From Candidatus Buchananbacteria bacterium CG10_big_fil_rev_8_21_14_0_10_33_19 (GTDB taxonomy: Bacteria; Patescibacteriota; Patescibacteriia; 2-01-FULL-39-33): 64,000 bases of DNA. The notes beneath the pieces are model-generated. The model did no database searches. It had not been told where the DNA came from and saw only the letters and a program-made list of their open reading frames with translations. Positions 9,859-22,074 of this stretch are shown piece by piece; the stretch's first letter is position 1, and each line of letters opens with the position of its first letter. The stretch covers positions 233,565 through 297,564 of the forward strand of contig PEZY01000012.1 in the NCBI GenBank assembly GCA_002773855.1, given 5' to 3'. Position numbers and translations under genes: made by a program.

Positions 9859-11031
9859 ATGATCACTACCATAATAATATTTTTATTAGTTTTATCAGTA
9901 ATCGTTTTTGTCCATGAGATGGGCCATTTTGTCAGCGCTCGAAAAATGGGCGTGCGAGTCGAGGAATTTGGCTTGGGTATTCCACCACGCATGTTTGGCG
10001 TAAAAAAAGTGGACGGTAAGTTTAAAATGGTTTGGGGCAAAGGAGAATTAGACAAAGATAGCCCGACCGTTTATTCGCTTAATTGGTTTCCAGTTGGTGG
10101 TTTTGTAAAAATAAAAGGGGAGTCTGGTGAAGACGCTCAGTCAGAAGATAGCTTTGCGTATAAACCAGTTTGGCAAAGATCAGTAATGATTTCAGCCGGT
10201 GTTATTATGAATGTAGTATTGTGTATGGTGCTATTATCTATTGGCTTTGGCTTTGGTATGCCAGCCGCTGTAGATAATAATATTAGTGATAAAGCTATCG
10301 TTTCTAATAAGAGTATTCAGGTGATTCAACTACTGCCAGATGGTCAGGCTAAATTGGCTGGCATTGAGGCTGGTGATGTTATTGCTAAGGTTGGTGGTCA
10401 AGAATTTACTACAACATTAGAATTGAATGGATTTTTAGCTGATAAATTAGATCAAGAAGTAGTATTTGAAATTAAAAGAGGTGGTGAGATAATACAAAAA
10501 AATATCACTATTGGTAAATATTCTTTTGAAGGTAAGGAGTCAGTGGGTATTGGCGTGGGTTTGGTGGAAACAGCTATAGTTAAATATCCTTGGTATTTAG
10601 CAATTTACAAAGGAGTAATTGCTACTTTTATTTGGATGTGGGCGATTATTGTGGCTTTTGCGACGGTAATTAAAAATTTAATAGTTGGGGTACCAACTGG
10701 AGTAGAAGTAGCTGGTCCGGTGGGGATTGCAGTTTTAACTGGTCAGGCGGCTAAAATGGGTATAATTTATTTATTACAATTTACCGCTCTGTTGTCTTTA
10801 AATTTAGCGATTATAAATATTTTGCCTTTTCCAGCTTTGGATGGTGGTAGATTATTCTTTTTAATTTTAGAAAAAATTAGAGGCAAGGCTGTAAAACAGG
10901 AGTGGGAGAACGTTATTCATAATGTTGGCTTCCTATTTTTGATGGGCTTGGTATTATTAGTAACATTTGGTGATGTTATAAAATATGGCGGTGGTGTTTT
11001 TGGCGCCATTAAACATTTATTTGGTTTTTAA
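9859..11031 (+). CDS. rseP: RIP zinc metalloprotease RseP (site-2 protease)
   Basis: HEMGHF HExxH in the first TM, central PDZ domain (AGIEAGDVI), C-terminal LDGG motif. Confidence 0.85.
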   Translation: MITTIIIFLLVLSVIVFVHEMGHFVSARKMGVRVEEFGLGIPPRMFGVKKVDGKFKMVWGKGELDKDSPTVYSLNWFPVGGFVKIKGESGEDAQSEDSFAYKPVWQRSVMISAGVIMNVVLCMVLLSIGFGFGMPAAVDNNISDKAIVSNKSIQVIQLLPDGQAKLAGIEAGDVIAKVGGQEFTTTLELNGFLADKLDQEVVFEIKRGGEIIQKNITIGKYSFEGKESVGIGVGLVETAIVKYPWYLAIYKGVIATFIWMWAIIVAFATVIKNLIVGVPTGVEVAGPVGIAVLTGQAAKMGIIYLLQFTALLSLNLAIINILPFPALDGGRLFFLILEKIRGKAVKQEWENVIHNVGFLFLMGLVLLVTFGDVIKYGGGVFGAIKHLFGF

Positions 11032-11102
11032 ATATAGAGTAAAAACTTTTAGAGTAATTGCCTAATTATAATTAAGAATTAGGTTTTATAGTTAATTAAT
11101 TT

Positions 11103-11450
11103 ATGAAAATTCCAGTAGCAGTTAATATAAATCCGGATTTAGTTATGCGACGAAGTGGCTATGGCTTTTTGCGCGATAGACAACATGGCACAGAAAGTTA
11201 TGTCCGTAGATTGGGTAGTGGTTTTTATCCACGGTTTCATGTTTATGTCCAAAATAATAGTATAAATCTTCATTTGGATCAAAAGCAAGCTAGTTATGGT
11301 GGTACTTCGGCTCACAGTGGTGAATATGATGGTGAAGTCGTAGAAAGAGAGGGCGAGAGAATTAAGGTAGTGATGAGTGGTTTAGTTACCTCAGAAAATC
11401 CACCAAAAGCAGAAGAAAAAAAGGGTTTTTGGCAGAGTATTTTGGGTTAA
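11103..11450 (+). CDS. Hypothetical protein
   Basis: 115-aa ORF with no recognisable motif. Confidence 0.3.
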   Translation: MKIPVAVNINPDLVMRRSGYGFLRDRQHGTESYVRRLGSGFYPRFHVYVQNNSINLHLDQKQASYGGTSAHSGEYDGEVVEREGERIKVVMSGLVTSENPPKAEEKKGFWQSILG

Positions 11451-11520
11451 AAATAGCTTTTGACAAAAGACTTAAAAAATGAAAAAATACTGTTAATCAA
11501 TAACTCAATTATCAATAATA

Positions 11521-12746
11521 TGAGGCAATCTAAGCTTTTCACAAAAACTCGAAATACAGCGCCTAAAGACGCTGTTAGTGCATCCCATAAATATTTAATT
11601 CAAGGTGGCTTTGCCGATATGCTAATGGCCGGAGTTTATACTTATTTGCCGTTGGGTTATCGAGTGATTAAAAATATTTCTAATATCATTAGAGAAGAAA
11701 TGGATAAAACCGGTGCTCAAGAAATGTTGATGCCAGCATTGCAACCAAAAGGTATTTGGGATGAAACTGGTAGATGGGAAAGTTTAGAAGAAATTATGTA
11801 TCAGTTTAAAGATCGATCCGGTAAAGATGCTGGACTGGGAGCCACTCATGAGGAAGTAATTTATGATATTGTTAGACGCAATATTAATTCTTATAAAGAT
11901 TTGCCATTTGCCATTTATCAAATCCAAAATAAATTTCGAAATGAGCTGCGAGCTAAAGGCGGATTAATGCGGGGTCGAGAATTTATGATGAAAGATTTAT
12001 ATAGTTTTCATATTTCTCAGGAAGATTTAGATGAGTATTATAATGAAATGATCAATGTGTATAAACGAGTATATGAGCGTTGTGGCTTAGAGGCGAAGGT
12101 GGTAGAGGCTTCTGGTGGTGTGTTTACTAAAAAATATTCTCATGAATTTCAAATCATCGCTGAAGCTGGTGAAGATGATATTATTTATTGTACTAAATGT
12201 GATTTTGCTCAGAATACCGAAATAGCCAAATCAAAAGCTGGTGATGCTTGTCCTAAATGTGGCGAAAATCTAAAACAGGGTAAAAGCATTGAGGCCGGCA
12301 ATATATTCCAGTTTGGTGATCAATATGCCAAGGATATGAACGGTTATGCCAGCAATAAAGACGGCGAGAAAAAACCAATTTTTATGGCAAGTTATGGTAT
12401 TGGTATTAGTCGGCTAGTAGCGACAATTGTCGAAATATACAATGATGATAAAGGAATTATTTGGCCAGAAAGTGTAGCTCCATTTAAAGCTCATTTGATT
12501 TCTTTGAATAAAAACGAAGAAGCTGAGGTTATTTATGATAAATTAGTTAAAGCAGGTGTTGATGTTTTATATGACGATCGTGATTCTTCAGCTGGTGAGA
12601 AATTTTCTGATGCTGATTTACTAGGTATTCCATATCGTTTGGTAATCAGTAAAAAAACTGGAGATCAAATTGAGGTTAAAAAAAGAAATGAAGAAAATTC
12701 AGAGATATTAAGTATTGATGAAGTAATGGGTTTAATTCAAAAATAA
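11521..12746 (+). CDS. proS: Prolyl-tRNA synthetase, short form lacking the INS editing domain
   Basis: MRQSKLFTKT.. class II motifs 2 and 3 and a C-terminal anticodon-binding domain. A Cys4 ribbon (CTKCDF...CPKCG) sits between motifs 2 and 3 where INS normally lies. Start chosen at MRQSK rather than the track's upstream TTG. Confidence 0.85.
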
Positions 12747-12788
12747 TTTTATACGTTTTGTGTTATATGTTATACGATATGAGAATTT

Positions 12789-13826
12789 ATGTTCAAAAAA
12801 CTAACAAGAAAATTCAGTAAGGGTTTAGGTATTGATTTAGGTAGTACCAAAACTATGATCTATCAGCAAGATAGGGGTATTGTAGTTAATGAGTCCTCAA
12901 TAGTGGCAGTCAATAACCGCACCGATCAAATTTTAGCGGTAGGAGATGAAGCTAGAAGAATGATGGGTAAGACGCCACCTCATATTATTGCGACTGCACC
13001 ATTATACCATGGCATTATTTCTGATTTTGAAATTACCGAAAAAATGCTTAAATATTTGATGGATAAAGTGCGAGCCGGTAAGTTTGCTTTTTCGGCTAAA
13101 CCGAGAGTAGTAGTGGGTGTGCCGTTGGATTTAACTGAAGTAGAAAAAAAAGCGGTAGAAGATGTGGTGATGTCAGCTGGTTCTAGTCAGGTTAACTTGG
13201 TAGAGAATATTATGGCAGCGGCTGTGGGAGCTAGAATTCCAATTCAAGATCCGTCTGGTAATATGATTGTTAATTTAGGTGGTGGTCTAACCGAGATTGC
13301 GGTTATATCACTGGATGGTATTGTAAATTGGAAAGTCACCAGAACTGCTGGACTAAGTTTAGATAAGGATATTATTAAATTTGCTCGTGATGAGTTTAAT
13401 TTGGTTTTGGGCGAAATGGTAGCTGAAGATATTAAAAGAAAAATTGGTTCGGCTCTAGAATTAGAAGAACCAATTGAGATGCAAATGCGTGGTCGAGATG
13501 TAATGTCTGGATTGCCAAAAGAATTTGATATTAATGATATGCAAATTAGAGACGCTATGCATAAATCAATTCAACATATTTTAGATACAATTAAGGCGAC
13601 ACTAGAAACCACACCGCCAGAGTTGGTAGCTGATATTTATCAAAAAGGCATTATTTTAACCGGTGGCGTGGCTATGCTTAAAAATATCGATAAATTTATT
13701 GCTCAGGGTATTGAAATACCGGTGCACGTAGCCGACGACCCTCAAACTTGCACGGTTAGAGGCATGGGGGTAATTATTGAGGATGAGGTGTTACTGCAAG
13801 ATATATTGGTGCCATCATCTCAATAG
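12789..13826 (+). CDS. mreB: Rod shape-determining protein MreB (paralog 2, in the mre operon)
   Basis: GIDLGSTKT, NLGGGLTEIAV actin-fold motifs. Followed by mreC and mreD. Confidence 0.9.
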   Translation: MFKKLTRKFSKGLGIDLGSTKTMIYQQDRGIVVNESSIVAVNNRTDQILAVGDEARRMMGKTPPHIIATAPLYHGIISDFEITEKMLKYLMDKVRAGKFAFSAKPRVVVGVPLDLTEVEKKAVEDVVMSAGSSQVNLVENIMAAAVGARIPIQDPSGNMIVNLGGGLTEIAVISLDGIVNWKVTRTAGLSLDKDIIKFARDEFNLVLGEMVAEDIKRKIGSALELEEPIEMQMRGRDVMSGLPKEFDINDMQIRDAMHKSIQHILDTIKATLETTPPELVADIYQKGIILTGGVAMLKNIDKFIAQGIEIPVHVADDPQTCTVRGMGVIIEDEVLLQDILVPSSQ

Positions 13827-13858
13827 ATGCTGTTTTTTAAAAAAATAAAAGTTTAATT

Positions 13859-14653
13859 ATGAACAATTTTTTTAAGTTGATAATTTTTGGCTTGTTGACT
13901 ATTTTTTTATTGGTGATTTTTCATTACATTAATTTATTTAATCCAATTGAGGGTTATATCATTAAATTACTTAGTCCAATTCAAGAGAAAACTTATTCAA
14001 TGGTTTTAGGTGCCAAAGAATTTAAAACTAATTGGATTAATAAAAGAGATTTAATAGAGGAAAATAAGGCTTTAGAGCAGAAATTAAAAGAATTAAAAGT
14101 TGATAGATCAAAAGTTAATAGTTTAGAAAGTGAAAATAAGCTATTGAAAGATGAATTGAGATTTATCAAAGAATCACAATTAAATACCGTAACTGCCAAA
14201 ATTATTACTGGTGTTTCTGATTCACTTTCTAAATCAGTAGTTATTAATCATGGTTCTGATAGTGGCATAGAAAAAGGCATGGCTGTGATATCTGGCGATG
14301 GTATTATGATTGGTAAGATATACGAAGTATATTCAGACCATAGTAAGGTTTTGCTTTTAACCGATAATAAAAGTAGAGTAGCGGCGACTATTCAGAATTT
14401 AGATAAGACCACTGGTTTGGTTGAGGGGCAGTTTGGTTTGAGTTTTTCGATGACCAATATCCCTCAGGATCAAGAGATTAAAGAGGGCGATTTAATCGTA
14501 TCGTCTGGCTTGGAAGGTAAAATTCCCAAAGATCTTCTAATTGCTCAAGTTGATAGTATTAATCAAGTAGAAAGTGAAATTTTTAAGACAGCCTTGCTTA
14601 GTCCGATTGTATCTTTAGATAACTTAAGTTATGTTTTGGTAATTGTGCCTTAA
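13859..14653 (+). CDS. mreC: Rod shape-determining protein MreC
   Basis: N-terminal TM, coiled coil, C-terminal beta domain with G.V..G...G motifs. Position after mreB. Confidence 0.8.
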   Translation: MNNFFKLIIFGLLTIFLLVIFHYINLFNPIEGYIIKLLSPIQEKTYSMVLGAKEFKTNWINKRDLIEENKALEQKLKELKVDRSKVNSLESENKLLKDELRFIKESQLNTVTAKIITGVSDSLSKSVVINHGSDSGIEKGMAVISGDGIMIGKIYEVYSDHSKVLLLTDNKSRVAATIQNLDKTTGLVEGQFGLSFSMTNIPQDQEIKEGDLIVSSGLEGKIPKDLLIAQVDSINQVESEIFKTALLSPIVSLDNLSYVLVIVP

Positions 14654-14658
14654 TTATT

Positions 14659-15180
14659 ATGTGGTATAAAATTTTAATTTCAACAATTATTATTGCTTTG
14701 GTGGCAATATTTCAAATTACTTTGCTGGGTAGTTTTGGCGACTACTTATCTAGCTTTAATTTGCTATTGGCAGTTTTGGTGTTATTATTATTTTTAATAG
14801 ATTTTAAGTGGATAATGTATTTTACGATTACAGCTGGATTAATATTGGATATTTATTCTTCTTTACCATTTGGTATATTTATGGTGTCAATGTTTTTGGC
14901 GATAACAGTGTCTAATTTCTTGCTGCTTAATTTTTTTACTAATAGATCGTTTTACGCAGTAGCTTCGGTGGGCTTGATGGCTATTTTATCATTTAATTGT
15001 GTGTTCTTGGGTGTTTCTGGTTTAACATATGTCTTGGGTGTAAGTGATTTTTATATTGATAAAAATTATTGGTTACGACTTTTATTCCAAATCATAAATA
15101 TATTAATAATTTTGGTTGGTTTGTTTTTTATTATTAATTTATCATCTCGTAGATTCAAACCTAATTTTGTTAGATCATGA
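14659..15180 (+). CDS. mreD: Rod shape-determining protein MreD
   Basis: 173-aa polytopic membrane protein directly after mreC, overlapping the mrdA start. Confidence 0.7.
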   Translation: MWYKILISTIIIALVAIFQITLLGSFGDYLSSFNLLLAVLVLLLFLIDFKWIMYFTITAGLILDIYSSLPFGIFMVSMFLAITVSNFLLLNFFTNRSFYAVASVGLMAILSFNCVFLGVSGLTYVLGVSDFYIDKNYWLRLLFQIINILIILVGLFFIINLSSRRFKPNFVRS

Positions 15181-17090
15181 GTAAAACTAATAAAGATTTT
15201 TTCATTGTTGAGAATATAAATATTGGTCGTAAAAATTCACTTAATTGGGTGGAGGATAGTTTTAATTCTGGTTTAAATGATACTGATAATTTTGGTAATA
15301 AGCAATTTTTGAGTTTAGCGTTAGGAGAAAAAAAATTAAAGTTGTTTTTATTTTTTTTGATGTTTAGTTTGTTGATTTTATTGGGCAAAAGTTTTTATTT
15401 GCAAATAATGAATGGCAACCAGTATTTTTCTTTAGCTGAAAATAATAGAATTAGGACAAAATATATTAAAGCTCAGAGAGGTATTTTTTATGATGCCAGT
15501 GGTGAAGTTCTGGTAAGAAATATTTCTGGTTTCTCTTTATTTATTACGCCATCTGATTTACCTCGAGTGGCTAGCGAGAGAGATGATGTGATTAATAAAA
15601 TTTCTTCGATCATTGGTTTAAGTGGTAAGGAAATAGCTGATAAGTTATCTGATTATAAATATTTTTTTCAGCCAATTACTGTGGAAACTGGTATTGATTA
15701 TCAAAGAGCTATGGCTTTAAAAATTGCTAGTGCTGATTTGCCAGGCGTATCATTGGAAATAGATACTTGGCGTCAGTATTTGGGTGGCGATAGCTTTTCT
15801 CATATTTTAGGCTATGTAGGTAAAATTAATGCCGAAGAGTATGAAGCCAAGAAAGATTCGTATATGTTGAGTGATAATATTGGTAAAATTGGCCTAGAAA
15901 AAACTTATGAAGATTTATTGAAAGGCGAACATGGTAAAAAATTAATTGAAGTAGATGCTTTTGGTCAAGAGAAAAAAGTGATTTCCAGAACGGAATTTAC
16001 TTCAGGCAATGATTTAGTGTTGTCAGTTGATGCAGACTTACAAAGAAAGGTTTATGAGATTTTAGAATCTAAACTACAACGTCAGAAAGCGGCCGTCGTG
16101 ATAATTTCTAATCCCCAAACTGGTGAAATATTGTCTTTAGTTGATTATCCTAATTATGATAATAATCTTTTTGCTCTAGGTATTGATTTTGTTAGCTATA
16201 AGAAGCTATTAGATGATGGACAGAAGCCATTGTTTATGCGTTCTATTTCTGGTGAGTATCCATCTGGCTCGACTGTAAAAATTGTCATTGCCGCCGCCGC
16301 CCTAGAAGAGGAAATAATTACCAAAAATACTTCTATTTTAAGTAATGGTGGTATAAATGTTGGTCAATGGTTTTTTCCCGATTGGAAAGCTGGTGGTCAT
16401 GGTAATACTAATGTGATTAAGGCCATTGCTCAATCTGTGAATACTTATTTTTATTATATTGGTGGTGGCTTTGGAGATTTCAAGGGATTAGGAGTTGAAT
16501 TGTTGGGTAAATATATGAGATTATTTGGTTTGGGAGAAAAATTAGGAATTGATGTGACTGGCGAACGCGATGGTTTTGTGCCAACTCAAGAATGGAAAAA
16601 TAATGTTAAAAATGAACCATGGTATATTGGTGATACTTATCATTTATCTATCGGTCAGGGTGATTTACTGGTAACTCCACTGCAGGTTAATTCTTATACT
16701 AATGTCATAGCTAATGGTGGCAAATTATACAAACCAAAATTAGTTAAAGAAATAGTCTACAATGGTGGCGAAAGAGAAATTGTCATGCCAGAAATTATCA
16801 GACAAGATTTTATCAGTAGCGCTAACATAAATATAGTTAGAGAGGCTATGCGAGAAACTGTTATATCGGGCTCGGCTAGAAGCTTGAATTATTTGCCAGT
16901 GATGGTGGCTGGTAAAACTGGAACGGCTCAGTGGAATAGTAATAAAGAAAACCATGCTTGGTTTACTGGTTTTGCACCCTACAATAATCCTACTTTTAGT
17001 ATTACGGTTTTGGTAGAAGAAGGCGGTGAGGGTAGTTCTATCGCTTCGCCAATTGCTAGGGATATTTTAGCTTATTGGTTTGGCAAATAA
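15177..17090 (+). CDS. mrdA: Penicillin-binding protein 2 (peptidoglycan D,D-transpeptidase)
   Basis: PBP dimerisation domain plus transpeptidase motifs STVK (SGSTVK), SxN and KTGTA. Confidence 0.9.
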   Translation: MSKTNKDFFIVENINIGRKNSLNWVEDSFNSGLNDTDNFGNKQFLSLALGEKKLKLFLFFLMFSLLILLGKSFYLQIMNGNQYFSLAENNRIRTKYIKAQRGIFYDASGEVLVRNISGFSLFITPSDLPRVASERDDVINKISSIIGLSGKEIADKLSDYKYFFQPITVETGIDYQRAMALKIASADLPGVSLEIDTWRQYLGGDSFSHILGYVGKINAEEYEAKKDSYMLSDNIGKIGLEKTYEDLLKGEHGKKLIEVDAFGQEKKVISRTEFTSGNDLVLSVDADLQRKVYEILESKLQRQKAAVVIISNPQTGEILSLVDYPNYDNNLFALGIDFVSYKKLLDDGQKPLFMRSISGEYPSGSTVKIVIAAAALEEEIITKNTSILSNGGINVGQWFFPDWKAGGHGNTNVIKAIAQSVNTYFYYIGGGFGDFKGLGVELLGKYMRLFGLGEKLGIDVTGERDGFVPTQEWKNNVKNEPWYIGDTYHLSIGQGDLLVTPLQVNSYTNVIANGGKLYKPKLVKEIVYNGGEREIVMPEIIRQDFISSANINIVREAMRETVISGSARSLNYLPVMVAGKTGTAQWNSNKENHAWFTGFAPYNNPTFSITVLVEEGGEGSSIASPIARDILAYWFGK

Positions 17091-17175
17091 TCATAGTATT
17101 GACACAATCTATTATAACTTATATACTGTAAACTATATTGATTTTAAAATATATCGAATTAAGAATTTATAAAAC

Positions 17176-17637
17176 ATGAAAGACAACTATATTTCCAAGG
17201 AAGGTTTAGTTAAAACTAAAGAAGAATTGGAAGAATTAAAAAACGTTAAAAGACCAGTAGTTATTGAAAAAATAGCCAGAGCCAGAGAGCAGGGCGATCT
17301 ATCAGAAAATGCTGAATATCATGAAGCTCGAGAAGAGCAGAGTTTTATTGAGGGCAAAATTAAAGAGTTAGAATATGTTATTAAGCATTCAATTGTCATA
17401 AAAAGTGATAAGAAATCGAGCGTGGTTAATATTGGTTCAACGGTTCATGCCACTTGTGATAATGGTATGAAAATAAAATACACTATTGTCGGCCACACTG
17501 AGGCTGATCCAGCTAGTGGCAAGATATCTAACGAGTCACCACTAGGCAAAGCTTTTATTGGTAAGCCCATTGGTCATGAATTCGAACTAAATATTCCAGC
17601 TGGTAAGATAAAATGTAAAATTGATAAAATAGATTAA
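17176..17637 (+). CDS. greA: Transcription elongation factor GreA
   Basis: N-terminal coiled coil (RAREQGDLSENAEYHEAREEQSFIEGKIKELE) plus C-terminal FKBP-like domain. Confidence 0.9.
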   Translation: MKDNYISKEGLVKTKEELEELKNVKRPVVIEKIARAREQGDLSENAEYHEAREEQSFIEGKIKELEYVIKHSIVIKSDKKSSVVNIGSTVHATCDNGMKIKYTIVGHTEADPASGKISNESPLGKAFIGKPIGHEFELNIPAGKIKCKIDKID

Positions 17638-17645
17638 ATATTTAA

Positions 17646-17669
17646 AGCCACTCGAAAGAGTGGTTTTTA
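17646..17669 (+). terminator. Rho-independent terminator after greA
   Basis: ccactc-gaaa-gagtgg followed by ttttt. Confidence 0.7.
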
Positions 17670-17784
17670 GTTTGTCTATTTGATTATCATTGACATTTAG
17701 TATTTATTGTTGTAATTTATTAATTATTGTTTAGTACTTTAAAATTTGCTTTAGAAAATAGTTTAAACAAGCAGGAGAGATGAG

Positions 17785-18501
17785 ATGAAAATTAAAATGA
17801 CCGACCTAGAGGGTTATTTCAAATCTTTGAGTGAAAAGGAATTATCAGAAATTTTAATTAGAGAAATTTCTAGATTAAATCCAAATTTAAATTTTGTTGA
17901 ATATCTTATTTCACTGGGTGCTAATGTAGATAATTCAAAAAATTTTTATCGGCCATCTATTTCACCTCTGTATCAAGCGGCTTCCAGTGGCAATTTGTCG
18001 GTTTTTAAGTTATTACTCGATTCAGGAGCTAATGTTTACGAAGAAATAATGTTTAAAGGGTCGCCACTGCACATCGCAGCAGCATGCGGACATTTGGAAA
18101 TTATTAAATACATATTGTCTTTAGGTGTGGGTGTTGACTATACTAGCTCAATTGCCATAACACCATTACATTTAGCGGCTAAAAATGGTCAATTGAAAGT
18201 GATTGAATTCTTGCTAGATTTTGGTGCCAATATTGATAGTGAATCTACTTATAGAACACCAATACATTGGGCAGTTATTGGTAATCAATTAGCAACAGTT
18301 GAACTCCTCATTTCTCGAGGTGCTAATTTAGATAATATTTATTATGGTAACGATGGTTATGGCGGTAAAGATTTGGATTTAATTGGAGTAGCCTTAACTG
18401 AAAGTTTGGATATTAATATGGGTCATATAGTGACTGCGGAAAGTCGCAGAATTGCTCAAATTATTGAAAAAGCAAAAAAAGCTAGAAAAACAAAAAGCTG
18501 A
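17785..18501 (+). CDS. Ankyrin-repeat protein
   Basis: At least 5 ANK repeats (..TPLH.AA..G......LL..GA..). Confidence 0.8.
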   Translation: MKIKMTDLEGYFKSLSEKELSEILIREISRLNPNLNFVEYLISLGANVDNSKNFYRPSISPLYQAASSGNLSVFKLLLDSGANVYEEIMFKGSPLHIAAACGHLEIIKYILSLGVGVDYTSSIAITPLHLAAKNGQLKVIEFLLDFGANIDSESTYRTPIHWAVIGNQLATVELLISRGANLDNIYYGNDGYGGKDLDLIGVALTESLDINMGHIVTAESRRIAQIIEKAKKARKTKS

Positions 18502-18524
18502 TAATAGATTATCAGCTTTTTTAT
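18492..18524. terminator. Bidirectional terminator between the ankyrin gene and gyrB
   Basis: Perfect 14-bp inverted repeat (aaaaagctgataat-ag-attatcagcttttt) flanked by A and T runs. Confidence 0.7.
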
Positions 18525-18533
18525 TTTACGATT

Positions 18534-20654
<2,121 letters not shown>

Positions 20655-20711
20655 TCAGCAAGTATAATAAGCCTAAATATTGCTAATAAAAAATGCCAAC
20701 ATTGTTGGCAT

Positions 20712-21098
20712 TTAGGTGTATATTTGGATGGCAGCTGGTTCATACCTGGCTACAGTTAATTCAATGAAGCTGTCTTTATCAGTGCGTCTGATAAACCAAC
20801 CACCTCGTCTTAATAGTTTAATTATTTTTTTTCTTTCAATTATTTGGTCTGGTTTTATAGCCACTATAGCCAAGGTCAATGGTTCTGGATTTTCAGGGTT
20901 TATGATGGCTAGGGAAGTACGTTTACTGGTTTCTATGGCTAAAGCCAAGTCAAACATTAAATTAATAAACATTTTAGGCGCTCTGTCTAATTCTAGTAAT
21001 TCAATTTTGGTGACTAGTATGTCAAAGGCACAAGTTAAATCAGCGGGATTAATAATATTATTAGGATCAATTGTTTTGTAGTAGTCTAAATTGCTCAT
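20712..21098 (-). CDS. Hypothetical protein immediately upstream of gyrB
   Basis: 128 aa. A DUF721/DciA-like gene often sits at this position but the family is not verifiable from sequence alone. Confidence 0.35.
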   Translation of the reverse strand: MSNLDYYKTIDPNNIINPADLTCAFDILVTKIELLELDRAPKMFINLMFDLALAIETSKRTSLAIINPENPEPLTLAIVAIKPDQIIERKKIIKLLRRGGWFIRRTDKDSFIELTVARYEPAAIQIYT

Positions 21099-21213
21099 GA
21101 ATTTACTCCCTGGGTTTTTATGAAAAGTACTAATGCTTTTATATTAGTGTACTTGATTAATAATTGTCAATATATTAGTGCTATAAAAGATAAAATTATG
21201 GTATAATAAAAAT

Positions 21214-22065
21214 ATGTTAAATGAAGAAAATAACAATTTTACCGATAAAGAAATTAAATTTAGTTATTGGTATGTAACTCATAAATTACTTTTAAGAAAT
21301 ATTTTTATTATTTTTCTGGGAGTAGTTGGCTTTTTGATTTGGTTTTATGTTGTTTGGCAATTGGTATTTTGGGGACTTAGTTATAGTATTGAGAATAATC
21401 AACTTAGAAAACTGGTTTTTGGTGGTAATTTGGCTTTGTCGGCTATTAATCAATTAAAACCAAAAACATTACAAGTTGGCGATCCAATAGCTTTAATTGG
21501 TGAAGCTAGTAGAAATGATTATTTTGCAGAAATTACCAACAATAATAATGACTGGTTAGCAACCTTTGATTACGTGTTTAATAGTGGTGAATCAGCAATA
21601 GTGTATAAGGGATTTTCATTGCCCTTAGAAAAAAAATATCTAATGAGTCTGGGCATAGCTGACAATGTTTCTGACTTAAATATTACTAATATTAAATGGC
21701 AAAGAGTACCAAATGCTAAAAATATTTATGCAGAAAGATATCAATTTAAGATTGAAAATAATAATTTTATTGCTAGTACTAAGGCAGATGAACCGGGTGT
21801 TTTGAATTTTGATATTGTAAATAATTCCGCTTTTAATTATTGGCAGGTTGGTGTTCAAGTATTTTTGTATAGTGGTGGTAAGGTGGTTTCGGTAAATTAT
21901 TTGATTTTAGAACAGTTAAAGACCGGGGAAAGGCGAAATATTCAATTAAATTGGAATAATAAGTTACCTCGAATTAGTAGTATGGATATTATTCCAGAAG
22001 TTAATGTTTTTGACGCTGATAATATAATGCCTCAATCAGCACCAATTGATTTTCCTATTACTTAG
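21214..22065 (+). CDS. Hypothetical membrane protein
   Basis: 283 aa, two N-terminal TM helices, Asn-rich. Confidence 0.4.
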   Translation: MLNEENNNFTDKEIKFSYWYVTHKLLLRNIFIIFLGVVGFLIWFYVVWQLVFWGLSYSIENNQLRKLVFGGNLALSAINQLKPKTLQVGDPIALIGEASRNDYFAEITNNNNDWLATFDYVFNSGESAIVYKGFSLPLEKKYLMSLGIADNVSDLNITNIKWQRVPNAKNIYAERYQFKIENNNFIASTKADEPGVLNFDIVNNSAFNYWQVGVQVFLYSGGKVVSVNYLILEQLKTGERRNIQLNWNNKLPRISSMDIIPEVNVFDADNIMPQSAPIDFPIT

Positions 22066-22074
22066 TAAGCTGTT

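Noticed and set aside
11460-11520. Longer proS start (track start 11460, TTG) adding 20 residues
   Set aside because: Conserved ProRS N-terminus begins at MRQSKLF (11521). The upstream stretch looks like promoter sequence (TTGACA at 11460).
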